Source: an uncultured Myxococcaceae bacterium
GTDB lineage: Bacteria; Myxococcota; Myxococcia; Myxococcales; Myxococcaceae
NCBI GenBank assembly: GCA_964511185.1
Contig: CAZEDU010000001.1
Coordinates: 1,741-65,740 of the forward strand
DNA: 64,000 bases
Reading direction: 5' to 3'
The translations under genes and the position numbers were made by a program. How positions within the stretch are numbered: the first letter of the stretch is position 1; the number at the start of each line of letters is the position of its first letter. Under the pieces are notes generated by a model. That model did not search any database, had not been told where the DNA came from, and saw only the letters and a list, made by a program, of their open reading frames with translations. Below, piece after piece: positions 19,313 through 28,625 of this stretch.

Positions 19313-19945
19313 TTAAGGCCCTTCGCCCGCCTGCGCCTTCTTCACCCACTCGGTCTCTTCCGCGGAGAAGAAGCTCATCTGCTTGATGCCGCCCGGGAGC
19401 ATCAAGCGAATGCAGAAGCGGCCGTCGGGTTCCTTCTGAATGTCGACCGACTCCGCCGTGCGCACCGACTCGATGAACCGGTCGAGCCGCGCGTTGCCGG
19501 TGGTCGGCTTGTAGAAGTAGCGCCGCTTCTGCCGGTGCAGCACCGCCACGTCGGTAAGCCCCAGCCGCTCGAGGGCCGTCTCCCCCTTCTTCGACAGGTC
19601 GACCCCCGACTCGCCTTTCTTCCCGCCCGGCAGCACCTCTTGCGTCCTGGCGCCCGATGGGCCCACCACCACCACGGTCAAGGCGCGCTTGAGCGCCTTC
19701 GCCATGGGCACGGCGATCATCCCCGGCAGCACCTCGCCCGACGCGCCCGGCACCGACAGGAACAGCCAGGTGCCGCGGCCTTCGTACTCCACCAGCTCCA
19801 TCTCCAGCTCGCGCGCGCTCTGCCCCTGCGCCGCGCGGTTCAAGCCCGCGAGCTTCGCGCTGCCCTCGAGCACCGAAGCCGCGGTGTTGTAGTGCAGGTC
19901 CGCCGCGCCGATGGCGGCGGAGTACGTCGGCACGGGTGGGTTCAT
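19313..19945 (-). CDS. Hypothetical 210-aa protein, translationally coupled to the upstream PilZ gene
   Basis: ATG 19945 overlaps the PilZ stop (ATGA 19942-19945). Composition is balanced (MNPPVPTYSAAIGAADLHYN...FCIRLMLPGGIKQMSFFSAEETEWVKK). I recognise no family. Confidence 0.65.
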   Translation of the reverse strand: MNPPVPTYSAAIGAADLHYNTAASVLEGSAKLAGLNRAAQGQSARELEMELVEYEGRGTWLFLSVPGASGEVLPGMIAVPMAKALKRALTVVVVGPSGARTQEVLPGGKKGESGVDLSKKGETALERLGLTDVAVLHRQKRRYFYKPTTGNARLDRFIESVRTAESVDIQKEPDGRFCIRLMLPGGIKQMSFFSAEETEWVKKAQAGEGP

Positions 19946-20481
19946 CGCGGGTTCGCTTTCTTGGGCTCGGCCTGTGTGCCGGCGAACAGCGGGCTGTGCG
20001 TGAGGCTCGACTTCTCCAGCTCCCACGCGGCGAGGACATCGGACAACAGCGCGACCGACTCGGCGGTCATCCGCATCTGCTGGGCGCGGGCGTAGCGGTC
20101 GAGGAACTCGCGCGCCACCGGCGCCAGGAAGTAGCTGGCGAGCCGCAGCTGGCTGTCGCCCGCGTAGCTGGTGAACTGCACCGCGAACCCGCTGCGGCCG
20201 CGGCCCTTGGCGTTGGGCTGCTCGTGGCGCACCACCTTGCCGTGCGCCTTGACCACGCGGCGCTCGGGCGGCAGCTCGAGCTCGACGTCGACCGCGGTGC
20301 CCAGCTTGAGGAAGTAGGTGCTCTCGAAGAAGCAGCCCCCGACGCTGATGTTGGCGGTCGGGAGCACGGCGTCGAACTGGCGCTTCGGGTGGCCGGAGAG
20401 CGACAGCCGGGCCTTCACCTTCAGCTCGGTGCGCGGGTAGCGGCGGCGGGCGCCGGGCAGTGGCGGTCGACGGTCAGACAC
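19942..20481 (-). CDS. PilZ-domain protein with C-terminal extension
   Basis: It has the RRYPR and NISVGG motifs plus about 70 aa of helical C-terminal extension. Confidence 0.8.
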   Translation of the reverse strand: MSDRRPPLPGARRRYPRTELKVKARLSLSGHPKRQFDAVLPTANISVGGCFFESTYFLKLGTAVDVELELPPERRVVKAHGKVVRHEQPNAKGRGRSGFAVQFTSYAGDSQLRLASYFLAPVAREFLDRYARAQQMRMTAESVALLSDVLAAWELEKSSLTHSPLFAGTQAEPKKANPR

Positions 20482-20529
20482 CTTGGGAAAGGAGCCTACC
20501 TCGACCGCCGCCTGGAAAGTGGGACGACG

Positions 20530-21711
20530 TTACGGGAGGGCCCGAAGACGCACCTTGGCGCCAATCGCCTCGCGCAGCGCATCCTTCTTGTCGGTGCGCT
20601 CCCAGGTGAAGTCCTTGTCGGTGCGGCCGAAGTGACCGTACGCGGCGGTCTTCTGGTAGATGGGCCGCAGCAGGTCGAGGTGCTCGATGATCTCGCGCGG
20701 CCTCAAGCCGAACGTCTGACGCACCGCCTGCGCGATGCGGTCTTCGTTCACCAGCGCGGTGCCGAAGGTGTCCACCAGCACGCTGACCGGCTCGGCGACG
20801 CCGATGGCGTAGGAGACCTGCACCTCGCAGCGCCGCGCCAGGCCGGCCGCCACCACGTTCTTGGCGATGTAGCGGCCCATGTACGCGGCCGAGCGGTCGA
20901 CCTTCGAGGGGTCCTTGCCCGAGAAGGCGCCGCCGCCGTGACGGCCCATGCCGCCGTAGGTGTCGACGATGATCTTCCGGCCGGTGAGCCCCGAGTCGCC
21001 CATCGGACCGCCGATGACGAAGCGGCCGGTCGGGTTGATGAAGAACTTGGTGCGCCGGTCGATGAGCTTCTTGGGCAGCGCCTTCAAGATGACGTCGTCC
21101 ATCACCGCGTCGTGGATCTTCTTGTTGGTGACGTCCTCCGAGTGCTGGGTCGAGACGACCACCGCGTCGATGCGCGCGGGGCGGCCTTCCTTGTACTCGA
21201 CGGTGACCTGGCTCTTGCCGTCCGGGCGCATCCACGGGTGCTGCTTGCGGCGGACCTCGGCGAGGCGGCGGGTGAGCAGGTGCGCGTACGAGATGGGCGC
21301 CGGCATCAGCTCGGGCGTCTCGTCGCACGCGTAGCCGAACATCATGCCCTGGTCGCCGGCGCCCTGGTCCTTCCTCGGCTTCGAGTCGACGCCGCGGGCG
21401 ATGTCCTGCGACTGGCCTTCGATGGCGACCATCACGCCGCAGGTGTGGCCGTCGTAGCCCATGGCGCTGTCGGTGTAGCCAATGCGGGTGATGGTGTTGC
21501 GGACGATCTTCGGGATGTCGACGTAGACCGAGGTGGTGACCTCGCCAGCGACGATGGCGAGCCCCGTCTTCACCAAGGTCTCGACCGCCACGCGGCCGTG
21601 CGGATCCTGCTCGATGATGGCGTCCAACACGCCGTCGGAGATCTGATCAGCGATCTTGTCCGGGTGACCCTCGGTCACCGACTCGGAGGTAAACAAAAAG
21701 TCACTGGGCAT
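20530..21711 (-). CDS. metK: S-adenosylmethionine synthetase
   Basis: [34 protein letters not shown] and overall MetK sequence, 393 aa. Confidence 0.97.
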   Translation of the reverse strand: MPSDFLFTSESVTEGHPDKIADQISDGVLDAIIEQDPHGRVAVETLVKTGLAIVAGEVTTSVYVDIPKIVRNTITRIGYTDSAMGYDGHTCGVMVAIEGQSQDIARGVDSKPRKDQGAGDQGMMFGYACDETPELMPAPISYAHLLTRRLAEVRRKQHPWMRPDGKSQVTVEYKEGRPARIDAVVVSTQHSEDVTNKKIHDAVMDDVILKALPKKLIDRRTKFFINPTGRFVIGGPMGDSGLTGRKIIVDTYGGMGRHGGGAFSGKDPSKVDRSAAYMGRYIAKNVVAAGLARRCEVQVSYAIGVAEPVSVLVDTFGTALVNEDRIAQAVRQTFGLRPREIIEHLDLLRPIYQKTAAYGHFGRTDKDFTWERTDKKDALREAIGAKVRLRALP

Positions 21712-21894
21712 GGGGTAAAAGATCCCTAAGGAAAAAAGTGAGCCACCGGGGTGTTTCGAAGGCGGCGCAACCTAACGATGCCCCAAACTCAGTGTCAAAC
21801 CCGCTCCTCGGACATCCAGGTGAATTTGCTGGGCGCGGCCGGGGTCGTTCGGTTATTCGCCACCCGTCTCCCCTTCCCCTTTTCAGGAGCCCGA

Positions 21895-22473
21895 ATGCAC
21901 CGCCCCACCTTGCTCGCAGTGACGTTGCTCGCCTCCAGCGCGGCGCTCGCCGCCTCGCCCAAGGACGAGGTGAGCAAGCCCCTCAAGACGGTCATCCAGG
22001 CGGTGCGGTTCGGCAAGGACCCGCTCGCCATCAAGAGCTTCGCGGGTGAGGAGCAAGGCAAGCGCCTGCTCGGCGATGCGTGGGGCAAGGGCACCGACGC
22101 GCAGCGCAAGGAGTTCGTCGCGCTCTTCCACGACCTGTTCGCGCGCATGGCGTTCCCGAAGATTCGCAAGAACTTCGAGCACCTCGACACCGTGCTGTAC
22201 GAGGACCCGAAGGTCGATGGCGGCCGCGCGGAGATCGGCTCGACCATCCTCATCAACCACCCGATGAAGAAGCAGGAGCTCAAGGTCCGCTACCAGCTGA
22301 TCAAAGACGGCGCCGCGTGGAAGGTGATCGACGTGTCGGTGCTGGGCGACTCGATGCTCACCGGCATCCGGGAGGATCAGATCATCCCCATCATGAAGGA
22401 AGGCGGCTGGGACAACCTGCTCAAGCTGATGAAGGACAAGCAGAAAGAGCTGAAAGAGAACCCGGTCCGCTGA
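21895..22473 (+). CDS. MlaC/Ttg2D-like periplasmic lipid-binding protein
   Basis: Signal peptide MHRPTLLAVTLLASSAALA, AGGAG at 21886-21890 and a body typical of toluene-tolerance Ttg2D/MlaC (KEFVALFHDLFARMAF..., VRYQLIKDGAAWKVIDVSV). Confidence 0.75.
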   Translation: MHRPTLLAVTLLASSAALAASPKDEVSKPLKTVIQAVRFGKDPLAIKSFAGEEQGKRLLGDAWGKGTDAQRKEFVALFHDLFARMAFPKIRKNFEHLDTVLYEDPKVDGGRAEIGSTILINHPMKKQELKVRYQLIKDGAAWKVIDVSVLGDSMLTGIREDQIIPIMKEGGWDNLLKLMKDKQKELKENPVR

Positions 22474-22481
22474 TCAGCGCG

Positions 22482-23537
22482 GTGACGGCCGAAGAGACCC
22501 TCCAGTCGGAGATAGAGGCGCAGCCTCTCGTCGTCGAGCGGCTGCTCGCCGACGCGGCGGCGGTGGAGAAGCTGGCGCGGGCGATGAGAGGCGCGGCGCC
22601 GCGCGCGGTGGTTTTGGTCGCGCGCGGCAGCTCGGACCACGCGGCCGTCTTCGGGCGCTACCTCTTCGAGGCGCGCAACGGCCTGCTCACCTCGCTCGCC
22701 GCGCCGTCGACGGTCACCCTGTACGGGCGCGGCCCCCAGCTGCGCGGCACCTGCGTGCTGGCGCTGTCGCAGTCCGGGCAAGGGCCCGACGTCATCGAGT
22801 ACCTCCAGCGCGCCCGCCGCGAAGGAGCGCTCACCGCCGCGCTGGTCAACGACCTGTCGTCGCCGCTCGCCGCCGAGGCCGAGCACGTGCTCGACCTCCA
22901 GGCGGGGCCAGAGCAATCGGTGCCGGCGACCAAGACCGTGCTCGCGCAGCTCACGCTCCTCGTCCAGCTGTCCTCGCTGCTCGACGGCGGCGCGGCGCCC
23001 CTCGACGCCCTGCCGGACGCGGTGCGGCAGGCCGTCGCCTCCCGCGCGCTGGCCGTCCCGCTCGCGCGTGCGCTGGCCGACAACGCCGCCGAGGACGCTG
23101 CGTCGGTGGTGGGCCGGGGCTTCGCGTACCCGGTGGCGCTGGAGCTGGCGCTCAAGCTCAAGGAGATGGCCCGCCTGCGCGCCGAGCCGTTCTCCGCGGC
23201 CGACTTCTTCCACGGCCCGGTCGCACTCTCGCAGCGCGGGCACCCGGTGGTGCTCGTCGACGTGGGCGGCCACTCGAGCCCGTCCGCCGCGCTCGCCGCC
23301 GACGAGGTGCGCGCGCGCGGAGGAGCGCCGCTGTGGCTGCGCTTCGGACGCTTGGAGGCGCCGCCCCCCGCCGCCGCCGGCGACTTGAGCCTCACGGTCG
23401 CGTGCGACGTGCCCGAGCCGCACGCCGCGATGGGCGCGCTGGTCTTGGGCCAGTGGCTCGCCTTCGAGGCCGCCCGGGCGCGTGGGGTGAACCCGGCCGA
23501 GCCGAGCGGGCTTCGGAAGGTGACGCGCACGCGGTAA
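22482..23537 (+). CDS. Double-SIS-domain sugar-phosphate isomerase/deaminase (GlmS C-terminal / AgaS / NagB-II-like)
   Basis: VVLVARGSSDHAA, VLALSQSGQGPDV and LKLKEMARLRAEPFSAADFFHGP. The GTG start lies 8 nt after the MlaC-like stop. Confidence 0.8.
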   Translation: MTAEETLQSEIEAQPLVVERLLADAAAVEKLARAMRGAAPRAVVLVARGSSDHAAVFGRYLFEARNGLLTSLAAPSTVTLYGRGPQLRGTCVLALSQSGQGPDVIEYLQRARREGALTAALVNDLSSPLAAEAEHVLDLQAGPEQSVPATKTVLAQLTLLVQLSSLLDGGAAPLDALPDAVRQAVASRALAVPLARALADNAAEDAASVVGRGFAYPVALELALKLKEMARLRAEPFSAADFFHGPVALSQRGHPVVLVDVGGHSSPSAALAADEVRARGGAPLWLRFGRLEAPPPAAAGDLSLTVACDVPEPHAAMGALVLGQWLAFEAARARGVNPAEPSGLRKVTRTR

Positions 23538-23548
23538 ACTAACAGGCC

Positions 23549-23890
23549 ATGCACCTTGCTCCCGCGCTCCTCTTGCTCGTCCCCCTGGCCCTGGTCGCGA
23601 GCGGCTGCAGCAGCCCGTGCGCCCGGGTCAACGCCGCCATCGACAACGTCAACCGCAAAGGACAAGCCTGCGACTCCAAGCCGCTCGAGGCGTGGCCCGC
23701 GCAGCGCTGCGAAGAGGGGCTCTCGAAGTGCAGCCCGGACGACCTCGAGCAGCTGGAGGCCTACGCGCAGTGCCTCGACAACGTGCCGACCTGCGTGAAG
23801 GGGCAGGAGTTCTCGTTCAACCTGGCGGTGTTCGGCTGCCTGCAGCCGCTCACCCAAGTGTCCTACAATTGCGCCAGCTCGACGCGGTAG
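23549..23890 (+). CDS. Small Cys-rich lipoprotein
   Basis: Lipobox LVASGC and 10 further Cys in 113 aa. It starts 11 nt after the SIS gene. Confidence 0.65.
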   Translation: MHLAPALLLLVPLALVASGCSSPCARVNAAIDNVNRKGQACDSKPLEAWPAQRCEEGLSKCSPDDLEQLEAYAQCLDNVPTCVKGQEFSFNLAVFGCLQPLTQVSYNCASSTR

Positions 23891-23968
23891 TGGGGCAAGC
23901 GCCCCGCCGGGCGGATGTTCAATTGCTGTGGAACTCGCCGGATTCTGACTAGCGTTCGACCCACCGAC

Positions 23969-26536
23969 ATGAGCGCCGACAAATCTGCGTTTTTGACCCG
24001 CGCCACGACTTGGTACGCCCGAATCATCGTCGGCCATCCCGGTCTGGTCCTCATCGCCTTGCTCGCCCTGGGCGTCGTCGCGTTCTGGGGCACCACGAAG
24101 CTGACCATCGAGTCGAACCAGCTCGACCTCATCTCGCAGGAGCTGCCCGAGGTGAAGGAGGTCAAGCGCGTCATCGACATGGTGGGCGGCGCCGGCTACC
24201 TGACGCTCGGGCTGCGCGGCGGGGATGAAGCGACGCTGAAGAAGACGTCGGACGAGCTGTACGAGATGTTGATCGCCGACAAGGAGCACGTGCGGTTCAT
24301 CACGTACAAAGTTCCGGTCGATTTCATTCAGCGCAACATGGTCCTCTTCGTGAAGACGGAGGACCTGCTCGAGGCGAAGAAGCGCATCAGCGCGTTCTTG
24401 AAAGACCAGCTGCGCCGCAACAACCCGTTCTTCATCGAGATCAAGAAGACCGAGCCGGTGAAGCTCGAGCTGCAGGACCTGATCGATAAGTACAGCCAGG
24501 TCGGCGACAAGAGCATTCGAGACGACTACTACATCTCGAACGACCGGAAGATGATCTTGATGCTGATCAAGCCCATGTGGAACAGCACCGAGCTTCCGCG
24601 CACCAAGGACTATCTCGAGAAGCTCCGGGCCCAGCTCGCGCAGTTCAAGGAGCGCTCCGGCGTCGCGCTGGTCGAGGACTACGCGAAGATCGGCGACGAC
24701 AAGACCATCTATTTCGGGTTCACCGGCTCGTACAAGACCGCCGTCGACGACTCGTACTCCATCGACGAGTCGCTGCCGCGCGTGTCGTGGTGGGCGTTCA
24801 TCGGCATCGCGCTCATCACCATCATCTTCTTCCGGAAGCTCGCCCCCAGCGTCATCGTCATCACCGGCATGGCGCTGGGCACGCTGCTCACCATGGGCTT
24901 CACCTACTTCACGGTGGGCCAGCTCAACATGGTGACCAGCGTGCTGGGCGGCATCTTGATGGGCTTCGGCGTCGACTACGGCATCCACTTCACCTTCCGA
25001 ACGCGCATCGAGCTGGGCTTGGGCAAGCCGTTCGACCAAGCCATCCGCGACGCCTTGGTGAACGCCGGCCGTCCCGCGATGGTGGCGGCGGTGGTGACCG
25101 CGGGCTCGTTCATGGTGCTGCTCGTCTCCGAGTTCCGCGGCTTCTCGCAGTTCGGCCTTTTGGCGGGCTTCGGCACCATCATCATCGGCGCCACCTGCTT
25201 CTCGTTCGCGCCCGCGGTGCTGGTGCTGCTCGGCCGGCGCTGGCCGGAGCTGCCCAAGAAGCTCATCGGCACCATGCCGCCGGCGAAGAGCATCAACGAG
25301 GGCGGCGAGATTCGCATCCCGCGCCCCAAGCTGATGCTCAGCCTGTGCGTCGCGGCGGTCGCCGTCACCTGCGCGTTCGCGATTCCGTGGGCGCCCCAGG
25401 ACTTCGCGAACGACCGCGTGCCGACGTTGCTCGAGCGGCTCAAGTCGGGCGTGCGATTCAACTACAACACGCGCGCGCTCATCGCGGAGGATCAGCCGTC
25501 GATCAAGCTCCAGGACGAGATCAACGAGCGGTTCAAGATCTCCTCGGATCCGATCGCCGTCTACACCAAGGACCTGGCGGAGGCGCGCGAGGTCTTCGAC
25601 GAGCTGACGCAGAACCCGAGCAAGTACCCGTCGATTCGGCAGGTGGTCTCGGTCTACTCGTTCGTCCCCCCCGCCGAGACCGCGGCCGCCAACGCGAAGA
25701 TCCTCGAGCAGTGGCAGGAAGAGCTGAAGGACCTCGACGTCAAGTCGCTGCCGCCGGAGGTCCAGGACAACGCCGAGCGCTTCATGGACATCCTCTCCGT
25801 GCGCCCGTTCGACGTCGACGGCGTCCCCGACGTCTACCGCTCGCTCTTCCAGAACCTGCCGACCTCGCAGAACAAGGGTTGGCTGACGTTCATCTACCCG
25901 GGCGTCGACCTGTGGGACGGCAAGAAGATGCTCGCGTTCGCCGATGAGACGCACACCATCACCACCGCGAGCGGCAAGAAGTTCATGTCGGCCGGGTTGC
26001 CCATCCTGTACGCCAAGCTCGCGCGCATCGTGCTGTGGGACGGGAAGCTGACCGTGCTGCTCGCCACGCTGTGGATCCTCGTCATGCACTACCTGGACTT
26101 CCGCTCGGTGAAGCTGGCGGCGGCCTCGGTGATTCCGCTCGGCGTCGGCCTGGTGGTGATGCTCGGCATCATGTCGATGACGAACGTGCGGCTGAACTTC
26201 ATGAACATCATCATCCTGCCCATCCTGCTCGGGTTCGGGGTGAGCCACGGTTTGTACCTGCTGCACCGCTTCCTCGAAGGGACCTCGCCGGTGGTCGCGC
26301 TGCGCTCGGTCGGCGCCGCGGTGGCCTCGTCCACCCTGACCGCGGTGACGGGCTTCGCCGCGCTGTTCGCCGCGAGCCACAACGGCCTGCAGTCGATGGG
26401 GCTGGTGGCGTGCCTGGGCTTGCTCACCACCCTCCTGGTGTCGTTCACCGTGCTCGCCGCGGTGATGCAGATCATCCACGACCAGCGGGACAAGCCGAAG
26501 AAGCCCGAAGAGCCGCCCGCCAAGTCCGCCGCGTAG
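23969..26536 (+). CDS. RND-superfamily exporter of the MMPL/HpnN (COG1033) type
   Basis: Two blocks of about six TM helices, each preceded by a large soluble loop, about 855 aa. Start taken at MSADKSAF... Confidence 0.85.
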   Translation: MSADKSAFLTRATTWYARIIVGHPGLVLIALLALGVVAFWGTTKLTIESNQLDLISQELPEVKEVKRVIDMVGGAGYLTLGLRGGDEATLKKTSDELYEMLIADKEHVRFITYKVPVDFIQRNMVLFVKTEDLLEAKKRISAFLKDQLRRNNPFFIEIKKTEPVKLELQDLIDKYSQVGDKSIRDDYYISNDRKMILMLIKPMWNSTELPRTKDYLEKLRAQLAQFKERSGVALVEDYAKIGDDKTIYFGFTGSYKTAVDDSYSIDESLPRVSWWAFIGIALITIIFFRKLAPSVIVITGMALGTLLTMGFTYFTVGQLNMVTSVLGGILMGFGVDYGIHFTFRTRIELGLGKPFDQAIRDALVNAGRPAMVAAVVTAGSFMVLLVSEFRGFSQFGLLAGFGTIIIGATCFSFAPAVLVLLGRRWPELPKKLIGTMPPAKSINEGGEIRIPRPKLMLSLCVAAVAVTCAFAIPWAPQDFANDRVPTLLERLKSGVRFNYNTRALIAEDQPSIKLQDEINERFKISSDPIAVYTKDLAEAREVFDELTQNPSKYPSIRQVVSVYSFVPPAETAAANAKILEQWQEELKDLDVKSLPPEVQDNAERFMDILSVRPFDVDGVPDVYRSLFQNLPTSQNKGWLTFIYPGVDLWDGKKMLAFADETHTITTASGKKFMSAGLPILYAKLARIVLWDGKLTVLLATLWILVMHYLDFRSVKLAAASVIPLGVGLVVMLGIMSMTNVRLNFMNIIILPILLGFGVSHGLYLLHRFLEGTSPVVALRSVGAAVASSTLTAVTGFAALFAASHNGLQSMGLVACLGLLTTLLVSFTVLAAVMQIIHDQRDKPKKPEEPPAKSAA

Positions 26537-26584
26537 AGCTCAAAACACTTGCGACCGTGCCGGCCCGCTCGCGAGACTTCGCGC

Positions 26585-27172
26585 ATGAGACCCGTGAGCC
26601 TCGCGGCCGCCGCGCTGCTTCTGTCGACCGGCTGTTCGGTGGTGAAGATGCACCGCGTCCGCCCTGACTACGCGCAGGCGGATCAGACCCAGACCAAGCG
26701 CCTGGTCGTCGTCACCCAGCCGCTGCCCGACGGACAGCAGAAGGCCGGCGAGCTGTTCAGCTTGGTCGCGCGCCGCTACGTCAATCAGAAGCGCGACTTC
26801 ATCGTGAAGGACCACCGCGCGCAGGCGGAGCCGGTCGACGTGAAGGGCGTCTGCGGCGAGGGCCTCGAGGGCGTGCTGTGGCTCAAGCCGGCGGTCCAGA
26901 AGAAGGGCGACGGCGTCGAGGGCGAAGTCGACGCGCAGCTGCTGCGCTGCCGCGACGGCGAAGAGGTGTGGGCGGCCAAGGTGGGCGGGTCGTTCGAGTC
27001 CGCCGACGGCCGGCTCAAGGAGGTCACCTCTCAGTACGTCGCCGAGCTGGGCGGAGAGGTGCAGCCCTACGTGGCCCCCGCGTTCCATCTGCTCCGGCCG
27101 ATGCTCGATACGCTGCCTCAGCCGAAGCTGAACGAGCAGGACGTGGACGAGAAGATTGAGCTGGGGGAGTAG
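26585..27172 (+). CDS. Lipoprotein of unknown function, last gene of the RND operon
   Basis: MRPVSLAAAALLLSTGC lipobox. It starts 48 nt after the RND stop. Confidence 0.65.
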   Translation: MRPVSLAAAALLLSTGCSVVKMHRVRPDYAQADQTQTKRLVVVTQPLPDGQQKAGELFSLVARRYVNQKRDFIVKDHRAQAEPVDVKGVCGEGLEGVLWLKPAVQKKGDGVEGEVDAQLLRCRDGEEVWAAKVGGSFESADGRLKEVTSQYVAELGGEVQPYVAPAFHLLRPMLDTLPQPKLNEQDVDEKIELGE

Positions 27173-27213
27173 CTCGTCTCGAGCTCGAGCGCGGACTTGC
27201 CCAGAGGAAGGCG

Positions 27214-27300
27214 GTGGCAGGACACGTCAGACGCTTCAAAGCCAACCCAAATGCAGTCGATTCCCCCGTGCGCGCCTCGGCACCGCTGGCGGGCGCTCGC
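27214..27300 (+). repeat. Copy B of the dispersed intergenic repeat (26-nt core 27214-27239)
   Basis: Exact 26-nt match to the reverse complement of 7330-7355, with alignable downstream flank. It lies 42 nt 3' of the lipoprotein gene in sense orientation. Confidence 0.6.
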
Positions 27301-27336
27301 CCGAACGAAGCGTCAAAAGCCCTTGGACGCCCCTCT

Positions 27337-28548
27337 TCAGGGCCCTGCCGCGTCTCGACGCGGCGCCACGCGCAGCAACTTCCCGTTCGATTCATCGGTG
27401 AGCAGGTAGAGCGCGCCGTCGGGCCCCTGCACCACCTCGCGAATGCGCGCCTGGCGCTCGGTGAGCAGCCGCTCCTCCCCCACGACTCGGTCGTCCTTCA
27501 TCGCCAGACGGACCAGCGCCTGGCTGGAGAGGCCGCCGATGAAGAAGCTCCCGCGCCACTCGGGGAAGAGCGCGCCCGTGTAGAAGACCATCCCGGATGG
27601 CGAGATGACCGGGTCCCAGTAGTACACGGGCTGCTCCATCCCGGGCCCGCGCGGCGACGCGTGAATCGCCTCTCCGGAGTACTCCTCGCCGTAGCCGATG
27701 GTGGGCCAGCCGTAGTCTTTCCCTTTCTCGATGAGGTTCAGCTCGTCGCCGCCCTTCGGCCCCATCTCCGCGACCCAGAGCCTGCCTTTGTCATCCAACA
27801 CCGCGGACAGGATGTTGCGGTGCCCCAACGTCCAAATCTCCGGCTTGGCGCCGCCGCGGCCGACGAACGGGTTGTCCTTCGGCACCGAGCCGTCGGGGCG
27901 AATTCGAACGATTTTCCCGAAGTGGCTCTTCAAGTCCCGCGCTTGAACGCGCCCCGCGAGGACCGACCGCTCGCCCAACGTGACGAAGAGAAAGCCGTCG
28001 GGCGTGAAGACCATTCTGCCGCCGGCGTGCAGCGTGGACTCGAGCGTGGGCTGCATCCGGAAGATGACCTCGACGTCCTCCACGCGCGGCTTGGCGCCAT
28101 CGACCAGTCGGGCGCGCGCGACCGCCAGTCCGTTCCCGCCTTCGCGCGGCTCGTAATAGGTCCAATAGATGCGGCGGCTGTCGGCGAAGTCCTGGGCCAC
28201 CTCGACGTCGAGCAGCCCGCCCTGGTTGCGCCCGTCGACCTTGGGCAACCCCGCGACCGGCGCGGACTTCTTCCCGTCCGGGCCCACGATGAAGAGCCGG
28301 CCGGTCGGCTTCTCCGTCACCAGCATGCGCCGGTCGGGCAGGAAGGCGATCGCCCACGGCTTGTCGAAGCCGGACGCGAGGGTCGTCACCTCGAGCGGCG
28401 TCTTCGACTGGACCTCGGGCGCGCGCGTCTGGCCCGCGAAGGCGGGCGCGAACTCCGGCACGTTCGGCGCCCCGGTCTGCGCGACGGACGCGGACGAGCA
28501 CAACAGCACGGGAACGAAGAGCACGGAGCGCATGCGCGCCAGATACAC
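27337..28548 (-). CDS. PQQ-dependent soluble sugar (glucose/sorbosone) dehydrogenase, YliI-like
   Basis: Signal peptide followed by GFDKPWAIAFLPDRRMLVTEKPTGRL, GGLLDV and HRNILS beta-propeller repeats. The start may instead be the second Met, at 28533. Confidence 0.85.
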   Translation of the reverse strand: MYLARMRSVLFVPVLLCSSASVAQTGAPNVPEFAPAFAGQTRAPEVQSKTPLEVTTLASGFDKPWAIAFLPDRRMLVTEKPTGRLFIVGPDGKKSAPVAGLPKVDGRNQGGLLDVEVAQDFADSRRIYWTYYEPREGGNGLAVARARLVDGAKPRVEDVEVIFRMQPTLESTLHAGGRMVFTPDGFLFVTLGERSVLAGRVQARDLKSHFGKIVRIRPDGSVPKDNPFVGRGGAKPEIWTLGHRNILSAVLDDKGRLWVAEMGPKGGDELNLIEKGKDYGWPTIGYGEEYSGEAIHASPRGPGMEQPVYYWDPVISPSGMVFYTGALFPEWRGSFFIGGLSSQALVRLAMKDDRVVGEERLLTERQARIREVVQGPDGALYLLTDESNGKLLRVAPRRDAAGP

Positions 28549-28625
28549 ACCGCGCCAAGCCCACGCTTCGAAGATGCGCCTGGGCTGTCGACTATTCCTC
28601 GAACGAGGACCGCTGGGTCCGGCGG

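Noticed and set aside
21712-21894. Possible SAM riboswitch in the 183-nt metK leader (unusually AT-rich patch CACTTTTTTCCTTAGGGATCTTTTACCCC before the ATG)
   Set aside because: I could not find the conserved cores of SAM-I, SAM-II, SAM/SAH or other SAM classes, or a convincing pseudoknot or terminator, by eye. An Rfam scan would be needed, so it is not reported as a feature.
22658-26479. 1273-aa minus-strand ORF, the longest in the track
   Set aside because: It is antisense to the SIS and RND genes. The translation is Arg/Gly/Glu/His/Asp low-complexity sequence without hydrophobic or motif structure, whereas the plus strand gives clear families.
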